Origin: Lama guanicoe
Lineage: Eukaryota
Length of the DNA: 64,000 bases
Direction: 5' to 3'
Assembly: GCA_013239625.1 (NCBI GenBank)
Contig: MU053934.1
Span: forward strand, 5,350,399-5,414,398
Below the pieces are notes generated by a model. The model saw only the letters and a program-made list of their open reading frames with translations, ran no database searches and had not been told where the DNA came from. Position numbers and translations under genes: made by a program. Of this stretch, positions 40,976 through 52,241 are shown piece after piece (the first letter of the stretch is position 1; each line of letters begins with the position of its first letter).

Positions 40976-41584
40976 GTGAGGCCGGGGCGACAGGCACGGG
41001 GGTCTGGGAGGGATGAGGAGCGTCCTTCAGGAAGTGCCCTCTGGCCATGAACTGTGCCTGCGGGAGGGGGATCTGCTGGGGTTACTGGACCCGCCCTGGT
41101 GGGCCTCTCCTTGGCAGGGGTGGCCAGGCGAGCACGGCAGCCGTCGGGCAGCCCGAGGCAGCCCTTTCACCCACAGACACATCCCTGGAGCAAGCTTGCT
41201 CCCTCCTGGGTCCTCTGTGGCACCGGGAAGAATTGTCAAAAAGGCCACCAAAGCCGGTGCACATTAGGATCCTCTAGAAAGTTTACAGATTTCCATGCCT
41301 CCTTCCAGAGAGTCTCAGTCCATAGCTGTGGCTTGAGGCCCAGGAACCTGTACTTCCATTTTTATAAGCTCCCCCATGAGTCAGGTGGCATGAGCCACAC
41401 ATTCGCGGGCTCTGATCCTGAAGGGCAGAGCATGAGGAGCCCCGACTCCTGGGACAGAAGCCGACCTGAGGTTTGCCCCGCACAGGGGTCCCCAGCCTCC
41501 TTCCCGGGGGTCTCGGGGTGCCAACACTGTAGAGGGTGTGGGCCTGCAGCTGCATCTCACAGGCTCTGGGGGGGCTGCCGGCAG

Positions 41585-41728
41585 ATTGAGAAGGACCTGC
41601 TCCGCACCATGCCCAGCAACGCCTGCTTCTCCAGCGTGAGCAGCGTCGGGGTGCCGCGCCTGCGGAGGGTGCTCCGAGCACTGGCCTGGCTCTACCCGGA
41701 GATCGGCTATTGCCAGGGCACTGGCATG
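41585..41728 (+). CDS. SGSM3: SGSM3 exon 7 (TBC IxxDxxR and YxQ fingers)
   Basis: ggcag|ATT...ATG|gtgagc, 144 nt; [48 protein letters not shown]. Confidence 0.95.
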
Positions 41729-42009
41729 GTGAGCAGGGCCCGGGAGTGGGGAGTGCCCCAGGGTCTTCTCCACACCCCCAGGGGTGACCGATTTCACAAC
41801 TGGGCCAGCAGGGTGGGAGGACAGGAAAGGAGTCCCCAAGGAGGGCAGGGGCTGCCAGATACGGTACTTCCAAGCCTGAGACAGGCACGCGGTCTACAGT
41901 GTGACCCCCACAGAGGATGCCTTATTCTAATTGGTTACCTGGATGGGGCGTCTGTTCTCATTTGCCTGGAGACCTGGGTAGAGGTCCCTTATCCCACTGC
42001 CCTGGCCAG

Positions 42010-42205
42010 GTGGCTGCCTGCCTCCTGCTGTTCCTGGAGGAGGAGGATGCCTTCTGGATGATGTGTGCCATCATCGAGGACCTGCTCCCGGCCTCCTACT
42101 TCAGCACCACCCTGCTGGGCGTCCAGACAGACCAGCGGGTCCTGCGCCACCTCATCGTCCAGTACCTGCCTCGCTTGGACAAGCTGCTCCAGGAGCATGA
42201 CATTG
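42010..42205 (+). CDS. SGSM3: SGSM3 exon 8
   Basis: ggccag|GTG...ATTG|gtgagg, 196 nt; [65 protein letters not shown]. Confidence 0.96.
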
Positions 42206-42558
42206 GTGAGGCCAGAACCCACCTCTCCCCTGGGGTCAAGGGGTCCTGAGCTCTGGCCCGGGTTCTGCAGACCCAAGGCTGACGGGGCAGCTGCGAGCTC
42301 AGGAGGAAGAGAGGAGCTCATTTGACGATGGCCACGCCACGCACACATCCCCCGCCGCCTTCGTTGTGCTCTTGTTCTCCAACGTTCCCTGATACCCTGT
42401 CTCTTTGCCCGTGAGCTGGCAGGGCCTCTTGTTGCTTTTTGGGATACGCAGTCCATGTCCTGCATGGCTTGTGTGCCTGGGGGACGCCCCTCCTCTCAGG
42501 CTGTCCCGTGCCAGCTGTCCCTGGTCCCAGCCATAGGGCCCCCGGTGTGTGTCCGCAG

Positions 42559-42704
42559 AGCTGTCCCTGATCACGCTGCACTGGTTCCTCACGGCCTTCG
42601 CCAGCGTGGTGCACATCCAGCTGCTGCTGCGCCTCTGGGACCTGTTCTTCTATGAGGGCTCCCTGGTGCTGTTCCAGACCACGCTGGGCATGCTGCGCCT
42701 CAAG
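42559..42704 (+). CDS. SGSM3: SGSM3 exon 9
   Basis: ccgcag|AG...AAG|gtgacg, 146 nt; (E)[48 protein letters not shown]. Confidence 0.96.
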
Positions 42705-42974
42705 GTGACGACCGGAGCCCTGGGGCCGCTGCAGCTGTCCTGGCCCCTCCTCAGAGTCCTCCGGCCGCCCATGCTGTGGTCCAGGCCTCAGCATCGTGTG
42801 GCCTGAGCACCAGCCCCTCCTGAGAGGCCCCAGGGGATGGGTGGCAGCATCTTTTCTGGGGCAGGGCTTCCTTATGCTCAGCTCAACCATCCAGGGAAGA
42901 TACAGGTGCCTGAGGCTGGTGATTGGGGTCAGCTGGGCAGTGACACCCACCCGCCCTTCCCTCGCACGGCCCAG

Positions 42975-43199
42975 GAGGAGGAGCTGATCCAGTCTGAGAA
43001 CTCGGCCTCCATCTTCAACACACTGTCAGACATACCGTCGCAGATGGAGGATGCGGACCTGCTGCTGGGGGAGGCCATGCGGCTGGCCGGCTCCCTCACC
43101 GACATGGCCGTGGAGACCCAGCGCCGCAAGCACCTGGCCTACCTCATAGCAGACCAGGGCCAGCTCCTGGGCACCGGCGCCACCACCACTCTCTCTCAG
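42975..43199 (+). CDS. SGSM3: SGSM3 exon 10
   Basis: gcccag|GAG...CAG|gtgggc, 225 nt; [75 protein letters not shown]. Confidence 0.95.
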
Positions 43200-43574
43200 G
43201 TGGGCCTGCGAGGGAGGAGGCCCCAGCTCACCCCAGCCCCGGCCCTTCCCCGTTCTGCCGCCCCTCCAGCTCAGCACCCAGGGCCCAGCGCGGCCCAGTC
43301 AGACCACAGCTGTGGAGGGACCCACTGCCTTGGCCTTGGCGAGTCTCTGCTGTGACCCGCCTGGTTTGGGCATGGGACAGACCCAGCTTTGAACTGAGCA
43401 TGGTTTTGACCCTCAGAACCGGCCTCAGAGGCCGCGTCAGAGGAGGCAGCCCGAGATGCTGCCCGGCTTCTGTGCTGAAGGGCTCTGTTTACTTCCTCCA
43501 GAGCTGAGGCACTTGTCTGCTTGGCTGGGCACAGGGTGCCCCGGCCACCGCTGACCCTGCGTCCCTGCCCACAG

Positions 43575-43629
43575 GTAGTCCGCCGCAGGACCCAGCGAAG
43601 GAAGTCCGGCCTCACTTCGCTGCTCTTTG
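43575..43629 (+). CDS. SGSM3: SGSM3 exon 11
   Basis: ccacag|GTA...TTTG|gtgaga, 55 nt; [18 protein letters not shown](G). Confidence 0.93.
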
Positions 43630-43782
43630 GTGAGAACTCTGCCCTGTGGCCAAGTGCTGGGCTGAGAGAGCAGGGCACTGGGGGCCGGTCAGACCAGGGT
43701 GGGGTGTGGACTCCGAGCTTCCCTGGAGTTGGGACAGGGGCCGGGCTGGGCCACGGCTGCCATCCCTCTCTGGGCCTTACAG

Positions 43783-43910
43783 GGGAGGATGACCTAGAGG
43801 CGCTTAAGGCCAAGAACATCAAGCAGACAGAACTGGTGGCTGACCTCCGGGAAGCCATCCTGCGCGTGGCTCGCCATTTCCAGTGCACAGACCCCAAAAA
43901 CTGCAGTGTG
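43783..43910 (+). CDS. SGSM3: SGSM3 exon 12
   Basis: ttacag|GG...GTG|gtgagt, 128 nt; [42 protein letters not shown]. Confidence 0.95.
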
Positions 43911-44014
43911 GTGAGTCTCCGGCCCCAGGCCTGTGCGCACGGCGACTCAGGGCCGTCCTTCCCTGGCCCCATCCTGAGGCGCCCCCGCGATGGGCCTTTC
44001 TGCCGCCCTGGCAG

Positions 44015-44170
44015 GAGCTGACCCCAGACTACAGCATGGAGAGCCACCAGCGGGACCACGAGAACTACGTGGCGTGCTTGCGCAGCCACCCGCGCCGGGC
44101 CAAGGCCCTCCTGGACTTTGAGCGGCACGATGACGACGAGCTGGGCTTCCGCAAGAACGACATCATCACG
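44015..44170 (+). CDS. SGSM3: SGSM3 exon 13 (start of SH3 domain)
   Basis: ggcag|GAG...ACG|gtgcgg, 156 nt; [52 protein letters not shown]. Confidence 0.95.
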
Positions 44171-44266
44171 GTGCGGGGACATGGGCGCCTTGCCCAGGCG
44201 GGGTGGGCAGGGGTGCGAAGTGCTGGGCTAGCGCCGGAGCCGTGCTTCCTGCCCTTCCCTGTGCAG

Positions 44267-44321
44267 ATCATCTCCCAGAAGGACGAGCACTGCTGGGTGG
44301 GGGAGCTGAACGGCCTAAGAG
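44267..44321 (+). CDS. SGSM3: SGSM3 exon 14 (SH3)
   Basis: gtgcag|ATC...AGAG|gtgagg, 55 nt; [18 protein letters not shown](G). Confidence 0.94.
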
Positions 44322-44511
44322 GTGAGGTCTCCATGCAGCGTCGCTGGGCGAGGGGAGGCGGCCTGCACAGGGCTGGTGGCCTTGCCGCCGCAGCGGGCCC
44401 TGGGGCTGCTCAGACAGCGAGCCTCCCTCGCGCACTGGGTCCTCAGCCCCGTGGGGGCAGTGTCGGGGCACCGGGCCGTCCGCCCCTCATCGGGCCCGGC
44501 TTCTCCCACAG

Positions 44512-44561
44512 GCTGGTTTCCTGCCAAGTTTGTGGAAGTCCTGGATGAACGGAGCAAAGAG
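44512..44561 (+). CDS. SGSM3: SGSM3 exon 15 (SH3 GWFP motif)
   Basis: cccacag|GC...GAG|gtgaga, 50 nt; [16 protein letters not shown]. Confidence 0.94.
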
Positions 44562-44746
44562 GTGAGAGCCTGCGCGAGGCAGGGCCGTGCCTGGGAGCTG
44601 CCGCTGCCTCCACCCCACAGGGCCCGCGCCCTCCTTGCTGGGCCGCGTTCTGAGCGCGTGCTGGCCGTGAGGACGGGGAGAGGCAGGCTGGCTGGCTGGC
44701 TGTGCGTGTGGGGCTGGGCCTCTTAGACCCTGTCCCCCACCCTCAG

Positions 44747-44899
44747 TACTCCATCGCGGGGGACGACGCTGTGACGGAAGGGGTCACAGACCTTGTGCGA
44801 GGGACCCTCTGCCCGGCCCTCAAGGCCCTGTTTGAACACGGACTGAAGAAGCCTTCCCTGCTTGGGGGCGCCTGCCACCCGTGGCTGTTTATCGAGGAG
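44747..44899 (+). CDS. SGSM3: SGSM3 exon 16 (start of RUN domain)
   Basis: cctcag|TAC...GAG|gtgagt, 153 nt; [51 protein letters not shown]. Confidence 0.95.
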
Positions 44900-45053
44900 G
44901 TGAGTCAGTGGGCCCGTGTCCCTCACATCCTTTTCCCTGGCCCCGTGGAGCAGGCGGCAGGAGCTCATGGCGCGGGGATGTGTGTTCAGCTGGACTTTGT
45001 GGCTTTGACCTGGTACCTCCCTTGTGGTCCCTGACACTGAACCTGCCCCCCAG

Positions 45054-45124
45054 GCAGCGGGCCGGGAGGTCGAGAGAGACTTCGACTCAGTGTATTCGCG
45101 CCTAGTGCTGTGTAAGACCTACAG
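45054..45124 (+). CDS. SGSM3: SGSM3 exon 17
   Basis: cccccag|GCA...ACAG|gtaacc, 71 nt; [23 protein letters not shown](R). Confidence 0.94.
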
Positions 45125-45242
45125 GTAACCAGCCCCTGCCCCCTGCCCAGCGTCCTGGCGGGTTGCCTGGCTGCCCCAGTGTGGGGAGAGGGAGTGGCCT
45201 GAGCCCACCAGGGTAGCGCTGGCAGCTTTGGTCCCCCCTCAG

Positions 45243-45291
45243 GTTGGATGAAGATGGCAAAGTCCTGACCCCGGAGGAGCTGCTCTACAGG
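45243..45291 (+). CDS. SGSM3: SGSM3 exon 18
   Basis: cctcag|G...AGG|gtaagg, 49 nt; LDEDGKVLTPEELLYR. Confidence 0.94.
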
Positions 45292-45368
45292 GTAAGGGGG
45301 GCCATGGGCGGGGCAAGCCTCCTGGCTTGGCAGCTGGGGACACCTGAGTGACAGCTGTGCCTTCCCAG

Positions 45369-45454
45369 GCTGTGCAGTCCGTTAACGTGACCCACGATGC
45401 TGCACACGCACAAATGGACGTCAAGCTCCGCTCCCTCATCTGCGTGGGGCTCAA
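45369..45454 (+). CDS. SGSM3: SGSM3 exon 19
   Basis: ttcccag|GCT...CAA|gtgagt, 86 nt; [28 protein letters not shown](N). Confidence 0.94.
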
Positions 45455-46154
45455 GTGAGTGCACTGCTGCTGGGGCTGGGGGCAGTCAGAGGTGGAAGGG
45501 GTAAGGGTGAGAGCAGCCCTGCTCTGCGGAGGGGCGGTGCTTGCAGGGGTTTTGTGAAGCACAGATTCCAGCAAGCTGAGCAGGAAAGGGGCTCCCCAGA
45601 GACACAGCTACAAACTAGGGAGGGGCACCTGCCCAAGGGGCCTCAGGCACGTGTGAGGCTCAGATCTGAGTGAGCTTGAGTGTGTGGTGTTTGCGGACTT
45701 GTCACCTGGCAAAGGAGCAGCCTCCAGGCTGCTCTGACCCAGGAAGGGGGGCAAAGTTCCTGAGACTAGCTCAGAACCTAGCCATGGATACGCTGGCCGG
45801 ACTGTGCGTGTTGCTCCTGGACTGACCAGCAGGGCCCAGGCCTCTGTGCCTGCAGATGGCATGGCCGGGTCTCAGACTCAGAAGGAGCTGTGATGGGACC
45901 GAGGGGAGTGGGGGCCATGGGGACCACGAGCCCCTGAGCATGTCTCCCCGTGTGGAGGAGTCATGATGAGGCCACTCTGCAGAGACCTGGCTGAGACAGG
46001 AGGCGGGGTCACCTGCGGGGGCTGGAGGAGCCCGGGAGTGGGCTGGCCCAGGGCAGCATGAGGGGCAGAACCCCATCCCTGGTCATCGGGAGTCCTGTGG
46101 ATGGAGGCCAGAAGGCCCAGGAGCAGCCCCCAAGCCCACCCTGCCTGTCTCCAG

Positions 46155-46277
46155 CGAGCAGGTCCTGCACCTGTGGCTGGAGGTGCTCTGCTCCAGCCTG
46201 CCGACCGTGGAGAAGTGGTACCAGCCCTGGTCCTTCCTGCGCAGCCCCGGTTGGGTCCAGATCAAGTGCGAGCTCCG
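46155..46277 (+). CDS. SGSM3: SGSM3 exon 20
   Basis: ctccag|C...CCG|gtgagg, 123 nt; [40 protein letters not shown](R). Confidence 0.95.
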
Positions 46278-46366
46278 GTGAGGAAGCACGGGGCTTCTGG
46301 GGCCCTGGCCCAGTGGTGTGGGCCGAGGCACCTGAGGACAACTGACAGCCTCCCCTTCGCTTCCAG

Positions 46367-46427
46367 TGTCCTCTGCTGCTTCGCCTTCAGCCTCTCCCAG
46401 GACTGGGAACTTCCTGTGAAGAGAGAG
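46367..46427 (+). CDS. SGSM3: SGSM3 exon 21
   Basis: ttccag|T...GAG|gtgggt, 61 nt; VLCCFAFSLSQDWELPVKRE. Confidence 0.94.
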
Positions 46428-46678
46428 GTGGGTGGTCGGTTGGTCGTCGACCCTGCAACCTGCCTTCCCGCAGGGGGCTGTGGCGGGTGGGGCCACCTGG
46501 GAGTCTGTTGGCAGACGACTCCAAACACACCTGGGTGGCTGAGGCCGGGCCTCGTGGGGACCCTGAGCACTGGCATTGCCTCTAAGAACCAGTCTGGCGG
46601 CTGCCACCTTGGGCTTCCTTGCGGTGTGCCCAGCACCCCTGCCCTGCGGCCTGTGACAGGAGGGTTGTCCCTGTACAG

Positions 46679-46759
46679 GAGGAGAAGACACCCCTGAAGG
46701 AGGGCGTCCAGGACATGCTGGTGAAGCATCACCTTTTCAGCTGGGACATAGACGGGTGA
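46679..46759 (+). CDS. SGSM3: SGSM3 terminal coding exon 22
   Basis: gtacag|GAG...GGG TGA; EEKTPLKEGVQDMLVKHHLFSWDIDG*; coding exons sum to 2253 nt = 750 aa in one open frame. Confidence 0.95.
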   Translation, partial: EEKTPLKEGVQDMLVKHHLFSWDIDG

Positions 46760-47222
46760 CGTGTTTCCTCCAGAGACCCCGTCAGTCACACCCAGGCCTC
46801 CCCCAGCCCATTGGCTACCAGAGCCCCTTCCTCAGGCAAGACGAGAACAGCATAGCTCTGGCCAGTCTCAGGCTCACTCTGGGACGGGGTCTGAGGTGGC
46901 CCCGGTGCACTGTGAGCTGTAGGGTCAAGGAGAGGATGCACCGCGAGCCCTGGCTGGGCACCGTGGTAGAGTCCGGGGACACCACCCTGGGCACCCAGAA
47001 TATTGGTGGAGGGCAGTGGGTGGCAGAAGCAGGAGGAGGGGGTCAGGCTCAGCCTGTTCCAGTGCCTGGGCGAGGGCTCTGCCCTGCCAGGGTCTGCACA
47101 GAGGCCCCGGGCCCCAACTTCACTGTGCCGACCAAAAACCAAGAACAGCTGCCTCTGTTGTCAGGTTTTGCTCAGGAAGGGGATGGGGGTGGCTAAAGGC
47201 TCCTTGGCCTCCTTGATTTATA

Positions 47223-47228
47223 AATAAA
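47223..47228 (+). terminator. SGSM3: SGSM3 polyadenylation signal AATAAA
   Basis: First canonical hexamer seen after the stop (about 460 nt downstream), in a locally AT-rich patch. Confidence 0.75.
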
Positions 47229-47462
47229 CAGCTGTCTTTGAGAAAGCACCTCCCCCTATCTGTCTATCTTCTGTCCAGCCTGGGCTGCGTGTCCAAGGTT
47301 CTGCTCTTCCTGGAAATGGTCCAGAACTTACAGCCAGGCCTGGGTGGTGGCCTGATGGGGCACAGGGTCAAAGTCACAGCATGGCACCCAGGGCCCAGCT
47401 ATACCCGCCCCCAGCTTCTTCCCTGGAGTGAACAAGATGGACTAACAAGTGGTGGTTTTGCT

Positions 47463-47468
47463 TTTATT
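47463..47468 (-). terminator. MRTFA: MRTFA polyadenylation signal AATAAA (TTTATT on +)
   Basis: Canonical hexamer on the - strand about 950 nt after the MRTFA stop. Confidence 0.75.
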
Positions 47469-48415
47469 TTAAAAAGTCACACAGCTTCCCCACCTCTGTC
47501 CCAGCACTGGTTTTGGTGACTCCATCCTTAATCCCCTATGAATAACAGTGACAGGCCAGAACGGAGGCCAGGCAGGAAGAGGCCACAGTTTGGAGGCCAC
47601 CGCTGTGCCAGGGCCATAGTGACTGCAGTGAGGCAACGGGACGGAATGTGGGCAGGTGGCCAGGCAGCACCTCTGCCCTCGTGGCACTGATAAGGAGCAG
47701 GAAGCAGGAGAGGTGGGGCACCGGCTGTGGCGGGGTGTCTACACGTCAAACACAGTGATGGGTGGGCCAGGGTAAGCTGTGTCCTGCCCCAGGAGCGGTG
47801 GCTCCAGGCCCTTCCATGTGTGCACAGTGTGGGGAGGAGCTGCACCTCCCCCCCGTGTATGTGTGATAAGTATGGCGATATATAATAGAGGTATATACAC
47901 CTGTACAGAAACTCTGCCACCAACCACTACATGGTTACACTACACCAAGACACTAGAATGGCAGGGAGCCCCCTCCCAGGAGGCCTGGACAGTGGTGTCG
48001 GCGTCACGGGGACGGTGAGGTAGCGGCCCCGCCAGTCCCTTCCCTCTTGGGAAAGGCAGAAGTAAGGATATTCGCCCCTGGCCCCGCCTCAGCCCTGGGC
48101 CCTGCCTGCCTGAGCAAACTGCAGCCAGCAAGTGCACCCGACCTCACAAAAGGAGGTCAAATAGAAGCCCCTGGCCTGTCCAGGCCCCCAGAACCCCAGG
48201 GTGGGACCCAGAGCTGCTTCTTGGCAGCTTTTCTCCTCCGTGAGCCTGAGTCAGGCAAAGGGATGCCTGGCCCCAGCCTCCCCCTGAGGGAAGTGGAGCC
48301 TCTTGATTGTCAGACTCACACCCGCGTGGAGAGGCTGACCAGGCAGGAGCGCGCCGAGTTCCCGAGTTCTCCAACTTCCCCGCCCCCCCAGCCGCCCCAC
48401 TCTGCAGCCCCAGAG

Positions 48416-48918
48416 CTACAAGCAGGAATCCCAGTGTAGCTGCAAGTCGTGGCCATCGAGGAAGTCCGTGGAGAAGAGGCTGGGGGACGTGGTGCTGAGC
48501 GGGGCCAGGCTGAGCACGGGCCCCCCGGAAGACAGCTCCAGCCAGTCCATACTGTCCAGGTGGCCGTCAGCTAGGTCCAGGCCCACGCCACTGGGCTCAG
48601 GCGCAAAGTGCAATTCCGAGGTGTCCATGGGGGAAGGGGGGTGGTCCAGGATGGCAGAGCTGCTCAGCATCTGGCTGTGAAGGTCATCAATGAGGGAGAG
48701 GGGCTCTGGCCCCTCGTGCCCACCGGTCAACAGCGGCAGCCCCGTGCTGCTCTCCAGGAAGTCCTCCAGGCGCCCAGGGAGGGCCGGCGAGCCCGAGGGA
48801 GGCGGGGCGGCCTGAGGGAGCTCAGTGGAGGGTGAGGGCTGTGTGGCCAGGGGTGACCCGCAGGCAGCTGTCGAGGGCGCCTTCTCTTTCCCTGGCTCCT
48901 TGAAATCTGCTGAAATCT
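48416..48918 (-). CDS. MRTFA: Myocardin-related transcription factor A (MKL1), terminal coding exon (transactivation domain)
   Basis: ttggcag|AG ATT TCA...; (E)ISADFKEP...HLDSMDWLELSSGGPVLSLAPLSTTSPSLFSTDFLDGHDLQLHWDSCL*, the MRTF-A C-terminus. Confidence 0.96.
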
Positions 48919-48986
48919 CTGCCAATCAAGAAAGTGAATGGGTGTCAGAAAGCAGCCTGAACAGGGCCTGCAGTTGGGCCCTGCCA

Positions 48987-50175
48987 TACACCATGTAGAA
49001 AAACTAACTCAAAATGGGTCAGAAGTCTACATTTAGGAGCTAAAACTACAAAACTCTTAGAAGGAAAGGGAGTATCTTCATGACATTGGATTTAGTAATG
49101 ATTTCTTGGTTATGATACCGAAGGCACAGGCAATGAAAGGAAAAATAAGCCAGACTGACTACATAAAAATTTAAAACTTCTGTACATCGAAGGTCACTAT
49201 CGAGTGAAAAGATTGTATAGTAACCGTATTTCAACAAATTTAAAAAGTGAAACAACCCATGGAATGGAAGAAGATATTTGCAAATCATATTTCTGTTACG
49301 TGATTAATATCCAGAATAAGATAAAGAATGCCTACAACTCAACAAAACCAACTAAACACGGACAAAGAACTCAGACATTTCTCTGACAGAAGATACAAAC
49401 ACATGAAACGATGCTCAACGTTATTACTCATGAGGGAAATGCAAATCAAAACCACGATGAGAGACCACTTCACACCTGCCAGGATGGCTGTTTTCAAAAA
49501 AATGGAAAATAAGTGTTGGTAAGGATGCGGAGCAACTGGAACCCTTGCGCATTGCTAGTGTGTATGAAAACAGTACAGCTGTATGGAAAAATTTTGTGCT
49601 TCCTCAAAAACTTAAACACAGAATTACCATGTGATCCAGCAATCCCACTTCTGGGTGTGCACCCCACAGAACCGAGCGTGGACTCAGATACGGGTATGCC
49701 ACGTTCACAGCAGCGTTACACAGGACAGCCAGAACAAGGAAACCACCCCAATGTCCAGTGGGCCAGGAGATAAATACAGCGTGGGATACACACACAAGGG
49801 AACGCCATTCAGCCACAGTGAGTAAGGAAATTCTGATATAAGCTACACCATGGATGAACCTTGAGGGCATCGTGCTCAGTGAATCCAGCCAGAAACAATA
49901 GAAGGGCAAGTACTACATGACGCCACTCACACGAGGTATGGAGGCGACTGAGTCCCAGAGACAGAAAGCAGGAAAGAGGTTACTACTGGAGGGTGGGAGG
50001 AACAGGAAGTTGGTATGTAAAGGGCGATGTATCCATTTAGGATTGATGGAAAGTTCTGGAAATGGACAGTGGTGATAGTTACTTGACACTGTAAATGAAC
50101 TTAGTGCCATTGAACTGTGCGATTAAAAATGGTTATAATGGTAAACTATGTTATATATACCACAATAAAGAAATA
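48987..50175 (+). mobile_element. LINE-1 (L1MB-like) ORF2 C-terminus and 3'UTR in the last MRTFA intron
   Basis: ORF fragments HMKRCSTLLLMREMQIKTTMRDHFTPARMA and KNLNTELPCDPAIPLLG are L1 ORF2-like; ends in cacaataaag; AT-rich island in a GC-rich gene. Confidence 0.88.
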
Positions 50176-51698
50176 CGCAGAAACCAGGCCTACTGCCTGA
50201 TCCCTGGGTCCCATGCTCCTCCCGCCCGGGCTGGGCTGAGCTGCGCTCTCACCAGCTCCCTCCAAGTCCCCGCAGACCTGCCCCACCCACCCTCTTCAAG
50301 CGCCCTCTTCCCCTGGCATCATGGCCACTTCTCAGTGTCCCTTTGGGGGCCAGGCAGCAGTGCCTGGTTCCTCTCTCTGGTCTCTCCCTCAGCTTCTCTC
50401 AGCATCCGCCCTCTCATTTATGCTCCGCCTGCAACTCCCAGAGCCTCAGTGCCACCTGTGCTTATTAGAAACGCACCTCAGACCCTGGGATCCAGGGGGG
50501 TCTCCCTGAGCTCAGAATCAGTGACCTTGAGAGTAATGTCAGCTGCTGAGTGACTTTTTGTAACTAAGAGAAAATCCACCATTTTCAAGTGTACAAGTCC
50601 ACGAGTTCTCGCTCTGCCTGCACCATCTTGGTTGACCGTCTCCCTCCTGAGCACGCCTCGCACACCCTGCCTTCCTGCCCCAGGGCCTCCCCCTGCTCCT
50701 CCCTGAAGCCAACCCCTCGTCTTCAGCCCTGCCCGACCCCACCCCCGTCAGCCCCCCAGCACGTAGACACGCTGACCTTTCTGGGCCCCCCTCTGCAGGA
50801 AGCCCTCGCCGAGAGCTCTCAGACCCACGCCTCTCACATCCCTGGCCCCCTTCAGCCCACTTCTAGAGGCCTCACCAGGGTCCCACTGCAGCACCCTGGC
50901 TGGGGTCACCAGCGACCACCACGATGTTCACCCCAAGACTGAGTCTTGGTCCTCTTCCCTGATCGCCCATCAGCAGCCCTTGGCCTCAGGACTTTCCCCT
51001 CGCAAGGGCACACTCCATCCTCTGCCCCCTGCTTAGCCTCATCTGCTTGTGCCACCGGCCTCCACCTTGCCCAGCCTCACACTCTATAGACGCCCATCCA
51101 GATGCCAACAACTCCCCAGCTCCTGCCCCCAGCCCAGGCTTCACCGCACCCTGCCCCCGTGCTCACGCAGCTGCGTGCTGGTAACTTGGTCCGAAGCCCT
51201 TGGCCACCCTCGTGTCCCCTTGCCAGACACCTAATCCACTAGGAAACCAAATGGACTCTCTTTCCAAAATACACCCAGACTCCAGCCCTGCCCCACTTCA
51301 CCGCTGCCTCCCGGGCCCACACAGCTGGGCTTCCACCTGGGTCACCCTTGCACCTGCTCCTTCCAGCGTTCCCCAGGGTTCACACGCCTCCACCCTGTGC
51401 CCACAAGGCCTCCTGATCTATGCCAGGATCTCCCCTCCTGCTCCCTCCCACACTCACTCACTCACTCCCCCCACACACCCTCCTGCCGTACAGGTGCTCC
51501 CCAGGGATGCCTGTGGGTGTTCTTGCCCAGGCCGTGGAGAAGGGATGCGTCTCAGGCCTCACTGTGTCCAAAGTACCAGGCCTGCGTGCGCTGTGTTCCA
51601 GAACTAAGCCAAACCCAATGTGTCAACAGGCCCAGGACTGGAGACAACCCAGGAAGGGAAGAGGAGGCTGGGGAGGCGGTCCGGGGTCTGGACTTTAC

Positions 51699-51759
51699 CT
51701 CCGCTCTGAATAAGAATGTCAAACAGGTCATCCATCTGCTGGCTTGAGGAACCATTTTC
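51699..51759 (-). CDS. MRTFA: MRTFA penultimate exon
   Basis: ccacag|GAA...GGAG|gtaaag, 61 nt; ENGSSSQQMDDLFDILIQSG, a conserved myocardin-family motif. Confidence 0.95.
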
Positions 51760-52088
51760 CTGTGGGACAAAAATAGGACACAAAGATGAAAACCCACAGC
51801 AGGAGGCCCCAGACTGGCTCAGGGCACAGACCGTACCTTCTGCCCCTGAGCCAGCAGCCAGAGCCACAGAGCTCACCGGCCTGCGCTCAGGCTGTGGGGC
51901 CCACACTCACTAATCAGGGACAGGCCCTGGCACTCCTGCCAGTGACAGCCCACGCTCCAGGGCCTCTCTGACCCTACAGGACCGGCTCCTGCCCGCCCCG
52001 GTCCTCCAGCTGGGCCCAGGGACTGTGGGAGCCCAGCCCAGGAACCCAGGCAGCCGCCCACGCAGCCAGGCCTGTCTACCCTCCTGAC

Positions 52089-52241
52089 CTGCTGTCTGGG
52101 CTGCTGGCTCACAGCTTCCTCATAGCCAGGTGGCTCCTTCTTCGGCAGAGAAGTGGGGGTCCCAAAAATGGGCTGTGTCGGGTGCTCCAGGTCCATCTGG
52201 GCTGGTGGGCCAGGAGCTGGAGAACCAGGCTGGGACAAGGG
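52089..52241 (-). CDS. MRTFA: MRTFA exon (PPGY motif)
   Basis: gtctag|CCC...CAG|gtcagg, 153 nt; PLSQPGSPAPGPPAQMDLEHPTQPIFGTPTSLPKKEPPGYEEAVSQQPRQQ. Confidence 0.93.

Noticed and set aside
41054..42061. 335-aa + strand ORF as a separate gene
   Set aside because: Only 41585-41728 is SGSM3-like; the rest is open GC-rich intron, with the next exon read out of frame.
43271..44182. 303-aa and other - strand ORFs across SGSM3
   Set aside because: Antisense shadows of GC-rich coding exons and short introns, with no independent gene signals.
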